Of a DNA stretch of 64,000 nucleotides, positions 51,003-64,000 are shown piece by piece. Origin of the DNA: Octopus sinensis (taxonomy: Eukaryota); NCBI RefSeq assembly GCF_006345805.1, contig NC_043003.1, positions 36,518,001-36,582,000 on the forward strand, in the 5' to 3' direction. The notes beneath the pieces are model-generated. The model did not search any database and was not told where the DNA came from. It saw only the letters and a program-made list of their open reading frames with translations. Each line of letters begins with the position of its first letter. The stretch's first letter is position 1. The position numbers and the translations under genes were made by a program.

Positions 51003-53829
51003 TATACATGTATATATATAGTTTTCTGTGTACCAACAATGACTTGACAACTTGAAAAGATATTTAAGGCACTCAGCTATATAGTATCTCCGGTGAAAAA
51101 TTATTCAGAAGCGTCAAACCATATGAGTTACAATGTTTGCTCCGATTTTCTTTTACATTTCTAAGTTCGAATCACACCAAACCAGAAAATAATATTTCTT
51201 AAGTTTTTAGAGAGATTTCATCGATTAACAACGCATGACTAATTTGTGGCTGTGTGGAAATGTGCCTCTCATACTCATTTCGAAGTCGACTTATTAAGTA
51301 CCATCACAGTGTTGATCCACCGTTCTCTTCCTCAAACAATCACATTCCCTCACATTTGACAGCTCCATTTGTTGCATGTATACAAACAAATACACACACA
51401 CACACACACATACACACACACGCACGCGCATACAAACAACGTAAAATTCTTAAAAGCTTAAATAATGAGTGCTGCAACGCTGAGCAGAAAACATTGAACA
51501 ATATCCTTGCTAAGACATTTTGGTAGATGCAGAGTCAGTTTCTGAATTTTGATGTATGGGAGGATGAGAACAGACAACTTCGCTAAAACTTCTTTTGAAT
51601 ATCACCTTGAAATACGAAAATAAGTGCTTAGTAACAACGCTGTCCGGATTTCTCTAATTTCGATCAAAGTTAAACTTTATAAGTGTTTCACATCACTTTA
51701 TAGTGGAAACAGTGAAGATTGGGAGCTGTTATAATCAACACCACCTACGTCGTAAATAACTACTGATACAGAGAATATACTATATCAATCGGAGATAGGA
51801 AAGAGCAAAATAAATTGTAAAATAGACTAATTTCCTATGTGTTGGAAATAAAGAATTTTCCGAAACAGACATACAGAGAGCTTGCCAACAAAAATTAGAG
51901 ATAGGGGGAGAGAGATTAACATAGTATTTATGCAGTCAGCATATCAATGAGGTTCTAATGCACGACTAATTCGAATTTTCCGATAGTATCAGTTATTGAG
52001 TCCGCGGGGTGTATGTAATATAGGCAGATGCTTCTCTGATAGTCCTGATTTATTGGAATTATATTCACTAATGATAAAAAACAAAAAGAGAGACACGCCA
52101 TAGAAAACCATTAAGAAGGCTATATCATATATTTGAACCGAAGGTATATATTAGATGTTTCAGTAACGAGTCACTTTTACGAGCCACGCTGCTGGAACGT
52201 TAAAAAGAATAGGAACTTGGATTACATACATTTGAGAGTTATGAGATTATAAATCATTTAACTGCATTCATCAACAGCATCTTTACATGAAACATTTAAA
52301 CTTATTTGCAAGTACACTACCGATTTGGTACCTGATCGTCAACAGGGTGTCATATATTTGAATGTGTACATTGTAACTGGCTCAGAAAATCAAGAACATG
52401 AGGGCCTGATTTTTTTCAACAGCCATTTTCCTGCTTCTATGGAAAACGGATTTCATAACATAAAACGGACATCAGATTTTTCAGGTCAAGCCAATGTACA
52501 AATAATCAATGTATCAAATGATGAATGTTATTACGTTTTTAGTATTTACCATCTGTACAACAGAATAGTGTGAAATATCAGGTAATATGGAGATTTAAGG
52601 CGGTGAGCTGGTAAGGAATAATTACTACCCCAGACAAAATGCCTAGCAGTATTTCTTCCAAGGGTGGCGAGCTGGCAGAAACGTTAGAAAATATCATTCG
52701 TAGCAGGCATTCTCTCAACATCGTTCACACCTGCCTGACTCGGTTGCTATCTATAATCTATAATCGTAAGAATTAACAGTAATTCAAATTCGATGTTTTC
52801 TTGGATCAATAAATTTCTATAGAGATTAGGATTTAAATTCCAGTCTATGAAAAGTTTTCGTTCTACAATATTATTAAAGGAATGAAAAATTATCCAGTAA
52901 CTCGAGTTAATATGAACTAGTCTGGTAGGTGTAAAAGACTAACTGGTATCTCTTGTCAGGAGTACAGGTGACAGGAAGATCGATGAGCTTCGTTGTGCAA
53001 TCTGCTATCATTATTTGATTGTGTTATTTTGTGCGTCTTTGTATGAAGATCACTTGTGTTTTGCAGGGTTGCTTTACATTTACACTTGACTTAGAAACTG
53101 AGAAAGACATAGTGCTACATATAAAATATAAGCCGTTTGGGGCTAAAAAGATTGCGGAAAAAACATGACATTCTCCGAGCAGGCATTGATCTTGTACAAC
53201 ATTTGTGATGAGCCCGAGTAACGAAATCTGTGAATAGCCCGAGTGACGCTGATGAACTGCGTCGCCTCTAATATAAATATGTACGTTCTGCTTGACGCAC
53301 GACCTATGCGACTTACGGACATCTTCACTCACCAACACAAAAAATAAAAGTAAATGAATAAAAAATATATTTTCGGGAACGTTGGGCAACCTTCTCGTAC
53401 AATAACTATCGCAGCATCTGGCAACACAGGTCTCTCTCAGACCCAGACATCAACTGCCTGTCACTGTGTTTCAGTCGCTCTCAGCATCGGTTACGTTTGA
53501 ATGAAAATAGTGTTGTAAAATATAAATCTGATATACGACTAGATCGACTTACGACCTGTTAGTCAGAGTGGAACTCGGTCGTATGTCGAAGAAAAGGTTA
53601 TTCAGGCTAACCGTACCCTACGTCGTTCATTGGTTCCAGGAGACACGACTTAAGTCGAATTAAGTTGTCTTTAGGCTAGGGTATGCCGGATTTACTCGTC
53701 ACTAGGCTAAACCGATAATAACAATTCCCAGTTCTGTACTTTATTTATGAATGCATTTTCAATAAAACATGGTTAATAAAAACCTATTTTAAGCTTACAA
53801 ATTAAAAAATTTTTTTTGATACAGTACAG

Positions 53830-54740
53830 TAAAAAAAAGTAATCTAAATTTACGAATACAATTTGGCGGTGTTTCCCGTACATCGCGAACGCTTAATTTA
53901 TGAATGTGATTTGCAATAGCACATGGTGAAATAAAAGCCTTTTTTAAGCTTAAAAAACAAATTCTGTAATTATTACTATTTTGTAAAAGTAGAAAAAACT
54001 AAATTATATCAAATTTACCTATACGTACTTGCAATTTCGAGGTTTACATTGCGAATGTAGATGGCTGTGAATCGTCAACATTAACAACTGAATCTTGTTG
54101 TTCGATGCTCTTTAAAAACCGGTTGAATGTTCCTTGAACTGTCTTCTTTTCCTTAAGGATTACATTATAAGGATCCAAAGCTTCGTGACAAACCCCCATG
54201 ATCTTTGAAAAGCGTTGAGCATTTGGATCCATATACTCGAACATAGATCTTTTCTGATATATGCAAATACTTGCTGCATTTTCTTAATGGTAAAGTGACG
54301 TGGCTCAGTTTCGACTTCCTCTTCTTTATTTTATTGCTCCTGAAGCTCTATCAAATCCCCGTTCGTCAGAAGCTGCTTCTCTTTTTCAAATAAATCTGTA
54401 AAATCATCCTCCTCCAAATCCATTTCCAGTTCTTTTCTCGTAGTCACCACCGTTTTGTTGATGGCAACATTATCAAACACCTTAAAATATAATTCACGAA
54501 TTGTGGGCATAGCTTCTTTCATACACCATTCGTAGCCAGTTTATCTTCCAACGTTGTAGCATGACACTTAGCACTTTCACTATGAATTTTCTTAGGAGCC
54601 ATGGGGGCAAAAAGGAAAATCACAAATGAATAAGAATGAGAAGGTAGCTGAAAAACTGATGCAAACAAATCTGAATTCAAAACAATCGCGGGAATGACGA
54701 GTGACAACGACGCCTAACGGTAGATATTGGAACTACTGTG
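53830..54740 (-). mobile_element. Internally deleted Tigger/pogo-type DNA transposon
   Basis: N-terminal MAPKK...AKCHATTLEDKL joins almost directly to C-terminal DLEEDDFTDL...LTNGDLIELQEQ and FEYMDPNAQRFSKI...YNVILKEKKTVQGTFNRFL. Ends begin CAGTA, but the TIRs are poorly conserved. Confidence 0.72.
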
Positions 54741-55098
54741 CAATGTGAGTTCCGAAAGATCGATAAATAAGACAACACAGCTAATTTCATGATTTTGTTT
54801 ACTAAGTTACACTACTTTATGGTGTGTATCTTAACATTTATTGTACGTATTTTAATATGATTTTATATGCTTTTATTCTTATTTATTGTATAGCAACATG
54901 ATTTTATGTGCCTTTAACAGTTTTCTAGTGGTTTTACGCTTCCAATATTTATGGCAGACGGGCGCAAAGTCGAGTAAAATGAATTAACTATATTTTATTT
55001 CTCGATATATTACTTTGGAAAACTGACGTATGATCGAGAACGACTTAAATGGAAACGACCTCTGCTGAGGTATGCCTGTATATATATAAAGAAATTTG

Positions 55099-55131
<33 letters not shown>

Positions 55132-55239
55132 TTTAGGGATATCGTGATATACATTCGGTTTTCGCTATTTAAGTTAGCTTTTCAAGGGATATTGTAAAGT
55201 AATCAATTCTTGTGACAAAGGGGTCTCACTATTTTGGAT

Positions 55240-55940
55240 ACTTGAAAGGTAAGAATGAGTATAGAGAATGGACAAAGGGAGGCAACAGGTGGCAAGGCGT
55301 GCAAACTCCTCTGTGTAATTGTTGAAATAGGAATGTGTAGGGATCAGGTAGTCATGTTTGTATATTAAGGTGTTATCTGTACTTTTGTATGAACAGGTTT
55401 TCCTTGTTTAGGCGATCTAATAAGGAGATTGAATCTTTGCATTGGTATAACGGAAAGATATGGAAAATCGGCATTTTATTTCTTCCGCATCTGTCGATAT
55501 GTTCGCTCAGGGCTATCTGCCTGTATTGAGGAAAATGAATATGTTCTTTATGCAGCGGGAATCTGCATTTCAAATTAAGACTCGTTTGGCCAACAAATTT
55601 GTGGTCATAACCTTAGCAGGTTAGGACATACATGAGGTTCCTTTTTGTTAGATTGAACGGAATATTTATTTTGGTGTGTCTAGGATGGCATAAACTGAAA
55701 AGGAGATAGTTTTCAGTCTGGTGGATTGTAGTAGATGTTAGTTGCAATTTTGATGTTGTATTTTTTATAATAAAAATGTCTAGAAATGGGAAGGTTATCA
55801 TAGGCATCATTCCAGATGATAAAACAATCGTCTAGGTACCATTTCCAGTTTTCTCTTATATACTTGTGGAATGGGGATCCAAATTTTTGAAGCGAAAGTT
55901 CATATAGGGTAGATTCAAAGTAATTATTTGTTTGCATTTA
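55240..55940 (-). mobile_element. Internally deleted PLE (RT motif plus endonuclease C-terminus)
   Basis: WKWYLDDCFIIW, PFLDI, CHPRHTKINIPFNL, LMYVLTC and RQIALSEHIDRC..IFPLYQCKD; same family as the 7882-8835 ORF. Confidence 0.88.
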
Positions 55941-56140
55941 AAATTTGTGATATATTATTTTTCCTTTTCTGTGAGCCTTTTCTATGTTTGTGATTGAAAA
56001 ATGCAAGATTTTAATGTTTTTTGCTGCCTACAATTTGCAACTTTTTCATAAAAGGTTTTTAAAGTGTTCTGTGTCCATTGGATCCCCATTCCACCAGTAT
56101 ATATACATATATGCATGCATACATATATACATGCATCGAT

Positions 56141-56236
56141 ATATAAATGCATACATACATACATACATACATACATACATACATACATACATACATACAT
56201 ACATACATACATACATACATACATACATACATACAT
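56141..56236. repeat. (CATA)n microsatellite
   Basis: Seen directly. Confidence 0.95.
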
Positions 56237-56732
56237 GCATGTATACATTCACGCATGCTTTCATACAGATATTTAGAACGAGACAAACGCAGAAGCAGAC
56301 AGGGAAACTGATAGATAGGACAGAAAAAGAAAGAGAAAGAGAAAGGAAAGAGAAGAGAGGGAGTTGGATATTATTTGATTATGTAAAAGATTGCGAGGCT
56401 CTTATGAATTTGCATGAGTTTATGTCTATAAGCCAGTGTGCGAAAGCGCATGTGTCTCTCTTTTGTATGTGCGCGTGTGTGTGTTCTTGAATTTCGTAAA
56501 TTTTATATTTCATTGACTTGGGTTATTTTTTATGCGATTGTTATCCTACCTATTTGTTATAACTAATGATACATTCATACACACAGACGCGCACCTGCGT
56601 ATACATATGCATGTATATTTGTATCTATGTTTGTGGTGGGTGCTTAAATGTGCGTGCATATGTGCGTTTACGTACATACATACATAATACATATATGTAT
56701 ATATATATATATGTATATACACATATATATAT

Positions 56733-56797
<65 letters not shown>

Positions 56798-56854
56798 TGT
56801 GTGTGTGTGCGTGTATGTATGTATACAGATGCACACATATACATACATACATAT

Positions 56855-56902
<48 letters not shown>

Positions 56903-57229
56903 TGCATTCTTTCTTCCGCTATGTTATTCTCAATCTCTATTGCCTTAGATGTTTTTTAGTATTTATTATTATTTTTCAATTGATTTTTCCTTTTTGCTTT
57001 CGAAGTCGGTCTTCTTTTCTTTTTTTTTTTTTAGAATTAATGTTTAAAGAAATATCACATGTAAATTGTAGCTGATTATCGGTGTGCATTTACTGTACAG
57101 CTATAGAATTACGTTAAAATTATGGCTGGCTCAGGACAGAAAGCAACATACCTCCAATTACTAAATATTTACTTCACCACCGAAGCTGCCTTTTGAAAAA
57201 ACAAAATAGAGCAAGATTTTTCCATCACA

Positions 57230-57319
<90 letters not shown>

Positions 57320-57350
57320 TATATTTTTATTCTATTATTATCATTATTAA

Positions 57351-58112
57351 CGCGGTGAGCTGGCAGAAGCGTTAGCACGCCGGGCGAAATGCGGAGCCGT
57401 ATTTCGTTTGCCGATACGTTCTGAGTTCAAATTCCGCCGAGGTCGACTTTAACTTTTACCCTTTCGGGGTCGATTAAATAAGTACCAGTTACGCACTGGT
57501 GTCGATATAATCGATTTAATCCGTTTGTCTGTCCTTGTTTGTCCTCTCTGTGTTTACCCCCTTGTGGGTAGTAAAGAAATAGGCGCATGCCTCAGTGAAG
57601 GCGCATGGCTCAGTGGTTAGAGCGTCGAGCTTACGATCGAGAGGTTGTGAGCTCGAATCCCGGACCGGGCTGCGTGTTGTGTTCTTGAGCAAGGCACTTT
57701 ATTTCACGTTGCTCCAGTTTACTCAGCTGTAGAAATGAGTTGTGACGTCACTGGTGCCAAGCTGTATCGACCTTTGTCTTTCCCTTGGATAACACCGGTG
57801 GTGTGGAGAGGGGAGGCTGGTATGCATGGGCGACTGCTGGTCTTCCATAAACAACCTTCCCGGACTTGTGTCTAGGAGGGTAACTTTCTAGGTGCAATCC
57901 CATGGTCATTCATGACCGAAGGGGGTCTTTACCCTGGGTAGTAAAGAAATAGGTATTTCGTCTACCGCTATGTTCTGAGTTCAAATTCCGCCGACTTCGA
58001 CTTAGAATTTCATCCTTTCGATATCAATACATTAAGTACTGGTAAAACAACTGAGGTCGATGCAATTAACTTATCCCCTCCCCCAAAGTGGCGGCCCTTG
58101 AGGCAAAATTTG
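57351..58112 (+). mobile_element. Dimeric SINE, interrupted by a second SINE
   Basis: Head GGTGAGCTGGCAGAAGCGTTAGCACG; body 1 ends at 57583 and body 2 starts at 57954. Confidence 0.88.
57584..57934 (+). mobile_element. Full-length tRNA-derived SINE nested in the dimer junction, 19-bp TSD
   Basis: TGGGTAGTAAAGAAATAGG at 57565-57583 and 57935-57953. A box TGGCTCAGTGG, B-box-like AGCTCGAATCCC. A short duplicated 5' start precedes the head. Confidence 0.9.
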
Positions 58113-58114
58113 TA

Positions 58115-58162
<48 letters not shown>

Positions 58163-59660
58163 GTCTTTGCACAAATTCTAACGCTGGAGATGTACTACTG
58201 TACGTTGGAGATGGAGGTGTCAGCTGTTCACTACCAGTGAACTAAGGTAGCACCTCTTATTTTTCGAGCACCTTCCGGAGTATTCCAGCGGTTCCAAACA
58301 GTGTTCTTTTCAGCAATTGCTCCACACTTATTGCGGCCCTTATTTGTTCCACGTATTCTTGAGATTTTTGCTCACCCTTCCTAGGTCTCCGACAATTATT
58401 GGTGCTATTGCTACTTTTTTCATCAACCAAAACTGTTTAACTTCCCAAGCCAACTGTCATATCTCTCAACTTTTCTTTCTTCCTTATCGCATACTTTGTT
58501 GTCAGCTGCGCATGCTATATCTATGATCCAGCATAGTTTGCTTTCTTTCTCAGTTAAGACTATGTCTAGCTTCATATTCTCTATCTCATGGTCGCACTGA
58601 ATCTTAAAATCCCATAGGATATTTGCATTTATATTTTCGATGCTGCCTTCAGGTTTGTGGTCGTACCAAATTTTTGCTCTGTCAAAATTGCTTTCACTTA
58701 CCTAACTGAAATGACTAGTTCTGCCTGTTTTGGACAGATTACTGTTTGTTTCAGTTTTTGGAACCATTCAGCATCCTTCTTGTGCTCCTTGTCTTTGCTC
58801 CAGACGTCACTCCACAAACTTTGACTTTCAATGTTATCTGGTATCAACTTTTCATCTGTACACTCTCCATTTATTTCTTTATAGAATCTCTTCTGATCTA
58901 CTCTGAATAACCTATTCTGGTGGTAACCCATCATTCTTTGGTTGCATCTTACCATCTTTGCTTTCTTTGCAACGAGGTGCTGTTTCAGTCCTTCCATTAC
59001 AACTTTCAGGCCCTTTCTTTCATCATTATACTCCCTTTTCAGCACCCTGTATTTTTGCTGCTTTTAAACTCCCCGTTTTCTTTCGGTCTAACATAGAGAT
59101 TTCCTTCCAGAGCATGTCTAACCCTGCCTGGGTTCTTCCACCGTGGATCCTTTCTTTTGTCACTCCCATTATGTTTCTTTTTCTTGACATCAAAATCCAC
59201 GTTTTCTGCTACAACACTACTTGCTGCCTTGATCAAATTATTTATTTCTGTGATGTTGCTTGTTCTGATGTATTTCATAATTTCATTGACATATTTCGTT
59301 TCTTGGTTCAATTTCCATCGATCAACCTTTTTACGGTTGCAAATAATGTCGCTATCGTTCTGTAGTCTTGCCTTTATTCTGTCGTAGATTGCCTTTTGTT
59401 CACCTGTCATGTTGCCATTAGTTTTATTGTCTTCTTTTAGATCATTTATATGCCTCTCATCAAGTAAACTACCACTGCTCCTTTCCTGTGCTTTGAAATT
59501 ACTCTTATTAGTAAGACCTGTATTTTCATTGTTATCTCTGCTGCTATTTTCCAAGACCCGTCTTTTGATAGCTTCGAGCTCTACTTCTGTCAACTAACGA
59601 TTTTTTCTTATTGCTCTAGCTTGATCACATAGTCCCTGTTCCGTCAGTTGAAACAATCCA
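58113..59660 (-). mobile_element. R4/Dong-clade element, internally deleted (N-terminus joined to RLE endonuclease), with (TAA)n tail
   Basis: LCDQARAIRKN..LTEVELEAIKRR, HQNRLFRVDQKRFYKEING, then ILWDFKIQCDHEI...LDIV...CWIIDIAC (PD-(D/E)xK-type RLE). 3' UTR stem-loop GTTCACT-GGT-AGTGAAC; tail at 58113-58161. Confidence 0.88.
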
Positions 59661-59714
59661 TTATTTATATTATTATTGTTTTTTATCATTATTATTATTA
59701 TTTATATATATCTT

Positions 59715-61030
59715 TAGGTCTCTATCTTTAGGTCACTCCTCGTCATCCATAGCTACTGGTTTTCTGTACCTGTCTTGGCGTTCACATCTCCTTCAAACTG
59801 ACCGCACATTTTCTTTTCCTTCCATGCGTTTTCTGTTCTTTTTTTTTGTTTCTTTTTTGTTAATTTCTTGTTTAAAATTTTCTGTTGTTACACAGTTTGG
59901 AGTTTTGATGACGATAGCCTTCTTAGTGTGCTACAACAGTGAATCTGTGGCATCTTCTATATACTACACTAAGCTGTTCACCTCTGCTTCAATACAGTCC
60001 TGGCAACTGATCGAACCTCTCCCGCTCTCTCCTCTGGACAAGTACTGTTTATCGGTGTCACTCTTAAGGTGGAAGGCTCTGTGCACTGTCAATATTTAAC
60101 TGGTCTTGCTATTCATTTTCATCACTTCTCTCTTTCGCCATTTTATAATACCCGCTCTATTTTGTGTCACATCTTCGCCATACAGTTTCAAATCATCCAT
60201 GGAGAGGAGGTGGTTAATTGTTTGAGAATGTCCCTTTAGTTGGTATCCCAGGTTCATTTTCCTAAGTTCCAAGGTGAGGGTTATCGTGTAGAGAACAAAA
60301 AGCAACGGATATAGGATATCAGCCAGAAAAATCCCTCATGATACCCAGGGTGCCCAAACTTTTTCTGTAAGATGTCAGTTCAGTTTTCCATCCCACCATA
60401 CTTCTCTTCGGGAAACATGTTACATTCCTCGTAATCGATGATCCACGATTGTGTACTCATATCATAAACTTTGCGATAGTCAATCCAGGCCATTCTCAGA
60501 TTTGTTCTCCTTCCTTCACAATCTTGCATTATCATTTTGTCTGTCAATAATTGATCTATGGGGCCTCTGTGTCTCTTTCTACAACATTATTGTTCCATCG
60601 GTAATATATCGTTCTCATCAAGAAATTTATACTGTTCTGCAATTCCTCTTAACTATATCTTCCAAATTAATGGGAGGCAGGAAATTTGGTCTGTATCCTT
60701 CAGGCACAAAATCGTTCGTCCTTTTGCTCTGCGATCAATTTATGACAACCACTGAACTTTTTTCTTAATCCAAAATTCATGTACACCATCAAGTCCTGCT
60801 GTTTTTCTAATTCCTTATCATTTTACTCACAGTTCTGATACTGTCGTCTCCTGTACTGTTGTCTTTGCTTACTCCATATCTTATCCAAGAAAATCGAATT
60901 TCATCAGCATCAGGGACTAATCTTTCACGCGTTTAAACTCTTGATAAACTATTTTTTGGACGTTATAAACAATTTGTTTTGCAGATATTGCTTAATCCGT
61001 TGTTTAAGCCTAGTTAGTATTGCTTTTTAG
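59715..61030 (-). pseudogene. R4/Dong-clade RT remnant, decayed
   Basis: [58 protein letters not shown] and GRG...CIEAEVNSL, with many stops and frameshifts. Confidence 0.88.
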
Positions 61031-61269
61031 CATGTATGCACTGCTTCACTTCTTCAGTTACAACATTCAGGCCTTTTGTGTCTACACCATACTTCATCAC
61101 TATTATTATTACTATCATCATCAACATTATTAGTATTATTAGTATTATTATTATTATTATTATATTATTATTATTATTATATTATTATTATTATTATTAT
61201 TATTGTTGTTGTTGTTGTTGTGCAACAACGTGAGTGAAGTGAATTCCATCAGAAATCAAAGCAGAGATG

Positions 61270-61570
61270 TTATGATTTATACAGAAGGTGGAACATGTAA
61301 AGATTCCCATTTGGTGCACGCTGCAGAATGCACGAAACACAATTTATGCTGGTTGTACAAGGGAACAATTAAACAAAAGGTTTAATGGCCACAGATTCGA
61401 CGTGAGGCACAATAACAATAGTTCGACAGATTTTACTGAACATTTCGTTTCAAGCGGCTGCAATTTTGAAGAAGACTTGAAAGTATTCTCAAAAAATATT
61501 CTGAATCTTGCTTCACTTTCACTTCTCAGAATGTATGAGGAGGAATATGTTTGCGTGTTATTTCGTCTAA
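61270..61570 (+). mobile_element. PLE GIY-YIG remnant (second family)
   Basis: TCKDSHLVHAAECTKHN / IYAGCTREQLNKRFNGHRFDV...HF...CNFEEDLKV. Confidence 0.75.
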
Positions 61571-62056
61571 TTTGATGTATATGGAATTCACTTAGATATT
61601 TCTTTGCTTGAAAAACATCATACTCAGTAACAAAACGTTACTGAGTATGATATTTTCTTGTTTTCATGCTGGGGGAATGAATAAAAAGAGTGGACAATAT
61701 CATCAAATTTGTACAAAACTGTTTGATTAAATATTCTTCTTTCTCTCTCCTTCTTTCCTTTTTTCTGACGTCTTCTTTTTTCTGTTTTTTTTTCTGCCTT
61801 TTTCTTTTTGCCTGTTATAAAATTATAACTTAAAAACTGATGATGTCATTCCATCAACGTGTGGACGCTGGTTGCTCTCGTTCATACTTTACATTTAAAT
61901 TTCTATAACTTTGAATTTTTATCACTTTTTATTTTGAACTTGACAAAGACAGACTTACTGTTGAAATATCGTTCAACTAATAAAATATCTTACAATCGAA
62001 TCGCGCTCTTCGTCTTGACTGTTTACCTTTGTGAAGAGTTACGTCAATCCGTTTTA

Positions 62057-62163
62057 AAATATTATTATTATCATTATCATCATCATTATTACCATTACTA
62101 TTATTATTATTATTATTATTATTATTATCATTATCATCATCATTATTACCATTACTATTATTA

Positions 62164-62230
<67 letters not shown>

Positions 62231-62268
62231 CATTATTATTATTATCATTATTATTATTATTATTATAT
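62057..62268. repeat. (ATT)n/(ATC)n tract
   Basis: Seen directly. Confidence 0.95.
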
Positions 62269-62519
62269 TTGGCCTTTGCTTTGTATTTGTACAAGTTAAA
62301 ACCAAGTCTCCCCCCAACGACCTCAAAAGACAACAAGTTAGAATTTCAAGTTGGTGTTATGACTAGGGTGCCATATATTATTCTATAGAATATCTGTCAA
62401 AACATAAATGAATTAGAAGGTTGATTTAAAAGTAATTTGACGGAAATGATAGTCTGATGTTAAGGTGAAAGTAAAAGGTTTTTGCTGTTATGTACATTTA
62501 AAAGTATTTTGACACTGTC

Positions 62520-63230
62520 TACGCATTAAAATAATTTGGGGATTACATAGACAATATTTTACGTAGGATATGGACAGCTCCCATGAGCCCTATTTTTGAA
62601 TTTGTTCCATTTCTGGATATCCTGGTATCAGCTCCTTATGCTATAATTCCTATGGCACCTATGACAACAGGTATTGTTTTAGTCTTGAGGTTCCACATTT
62701 TGCCGATTTCCATTTCAAAATCTTTATACTTGCTGACGTTTTCATAGGTATTCACAGATACATTTATGTCGATAGTGACAGTCATATCGATGAGGTGGCA
62801 CGATGTTTGTCTGAAGTCCTTTGCATCTATCTTTCAGTCAGTTTGAACGCTTAAGTTCCAAAACACCTTTGGTGGTTTTTGTTCCCACCAATTTTTACCA
62901 TGGGGCTGGTCCAAGTCTTTGCAAATTAACCAATGAATACTTTATGCTGCATTATCATACCTGTTGAGATACTCTGAAGGCGCAAGAAAACTGCACATTG
63001 AGGCAACATAGTAAAGAACTGCCGTTCTTTAATATGTTGGCTTGGTAGCTTCTTGTAGGTAGGCATTGATTTTGGGATGTAATGATAAACACTTCTGTCT
63101 GATTTTAAGCCAGAAGACACTAACCATTGATGGGTAAGCACTTTGTCAACATCGGCATTATTAGCTCTACTTGGGTATTTGCCACTGAGAGCTTTTTGTT
63201 ACTATTTATCAGTAAGAGGAATATCTAAAT
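62520..63230 (-). mobile_element. R4/Dong-clade C-terminal remnant (post-RT motif and RLE domain)
   Basis: ANNADVDKVLTHQWLVSSGLKS and CHLIDMTVTIDINVS...SKYKDFEMEIGKMWNLKTKTIPVVIGAIG. Confidence 0.85.
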
Positions 63231-64000
63231 CAGCAGTTTTAGCACAGATTCTCATACGCTTGGTTTTTACTGTTTGTTTCCAGTACGTCTAATTCTGGGA
63301 TTTGATGTATATGGAATTCACTTAGATATATCCTTGCCTGTTTTGTTACTGAGTATTATGTTTTCTTGTTTTCATACTTCAAGACAAGTTTTAACATCCA
63401 ATCATCAATTTTCATTTAGGTGTTTAGGCAAATTGTGGAGATCTTTATTATTCATTCCAGTTGGATGTATTCCACTGAATTTTAGGTAAATAATTCTTCG
63501 ACCCTTCGAATAGATGGTCAGTAGCAACACTTGCCTGGTTCGGCTGCTCTACATTGATAAGGGGAAAGTAACCTAAATACCCTGAAACTAGTCTGTAGAT
63601 TCCAGACCAGCAAGGGGAAGTGGCTGACATCCCCTATTCGAAAGTTATAATGGACACAGGTTCGTGGGTCACATAGCTAGCTAGAGGTGATGCCTCTTGG
63701 AGTTAATCAACGGCAGCATTCGTCCTATTTTTCTGCACTGCCATGTTAGGTTGGCGATAACTATTGATAAAAACTAGAATGTTTTACCTGTAATTACAGC
63801 TAACTTCACCAAACCATTATTTATATATCCTGTGTTTGTCCGAAGTTCTACGCCGAGAATTGGCGTAAACAGCAATAAATGAATACACAAGGGAAGAATC
63901 ATACGATCACAATCAAATCTCTTGGACTATGATTTTCTTGCGTCTACATGATGTGTATGCGACGGTGTATGTACGTGCATGTGCGCCTGTGTGCGCACGT

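Noticed and set aside
55150-55185. Hammerhead-like UUGAAAA-GCUA(ACUUAAA)UAGC-GAAA..GUA (minus) downstream of the 55.2-55.9 kb PLE
   Set aside because: The position is suggestive, but the core has two mismatches, stem III is broken and stem I is absent.
61836-61880. CUGAUGA box at about 61836
   Set aside because: No GAAA box follows and there is no stem I; other CUGANGA hits (e.g. near 2570, 14282, 16565, 38236, 53250) also lack supporting stems.

Overview
AT-rich eukaryotic, essentially non-coding DNA (intronic or intergenic). Dense microsatellites, tRNA-derived SINEs and the mix of LINEs suggest a coleoid cephalopod, most likely Octopus (inference from repeat content, not verified). No intact host gene, rRNA, true tRNA or CRISPR array is present; at most two short terminal exons lie near the left edge. 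The window is a patchwork of Penelope-like retroelement (PLE) remnants, R4/Dong-clade, CR1-like and L1/Tx1-like LINE fragments, mariner and Tigger remnants, two MITEs, a probable solo LTR and many SINEs. The most notable signal is a set of minimal type I hammerhead ribozyme motifs. Three have canonical cores (24974-25016 minus, 28117-28166 minus, 29938-29988 plus) and several are variant or decayed. Most of the best-preserved motifs sit near the outward ends of long, divergently oriented inverted repeats of PLE-like termini (12483-13661, 24810-27803, 28100-30005); a fourth inverted PLE pair lies at 9241-9880. Almost all ORFs in the supplied track are microsatellite artefacts. SINE and LINE boundaries are approximate unless a target-site duplication (TSD) or terminal inverted repeat (TIR) is quoted.
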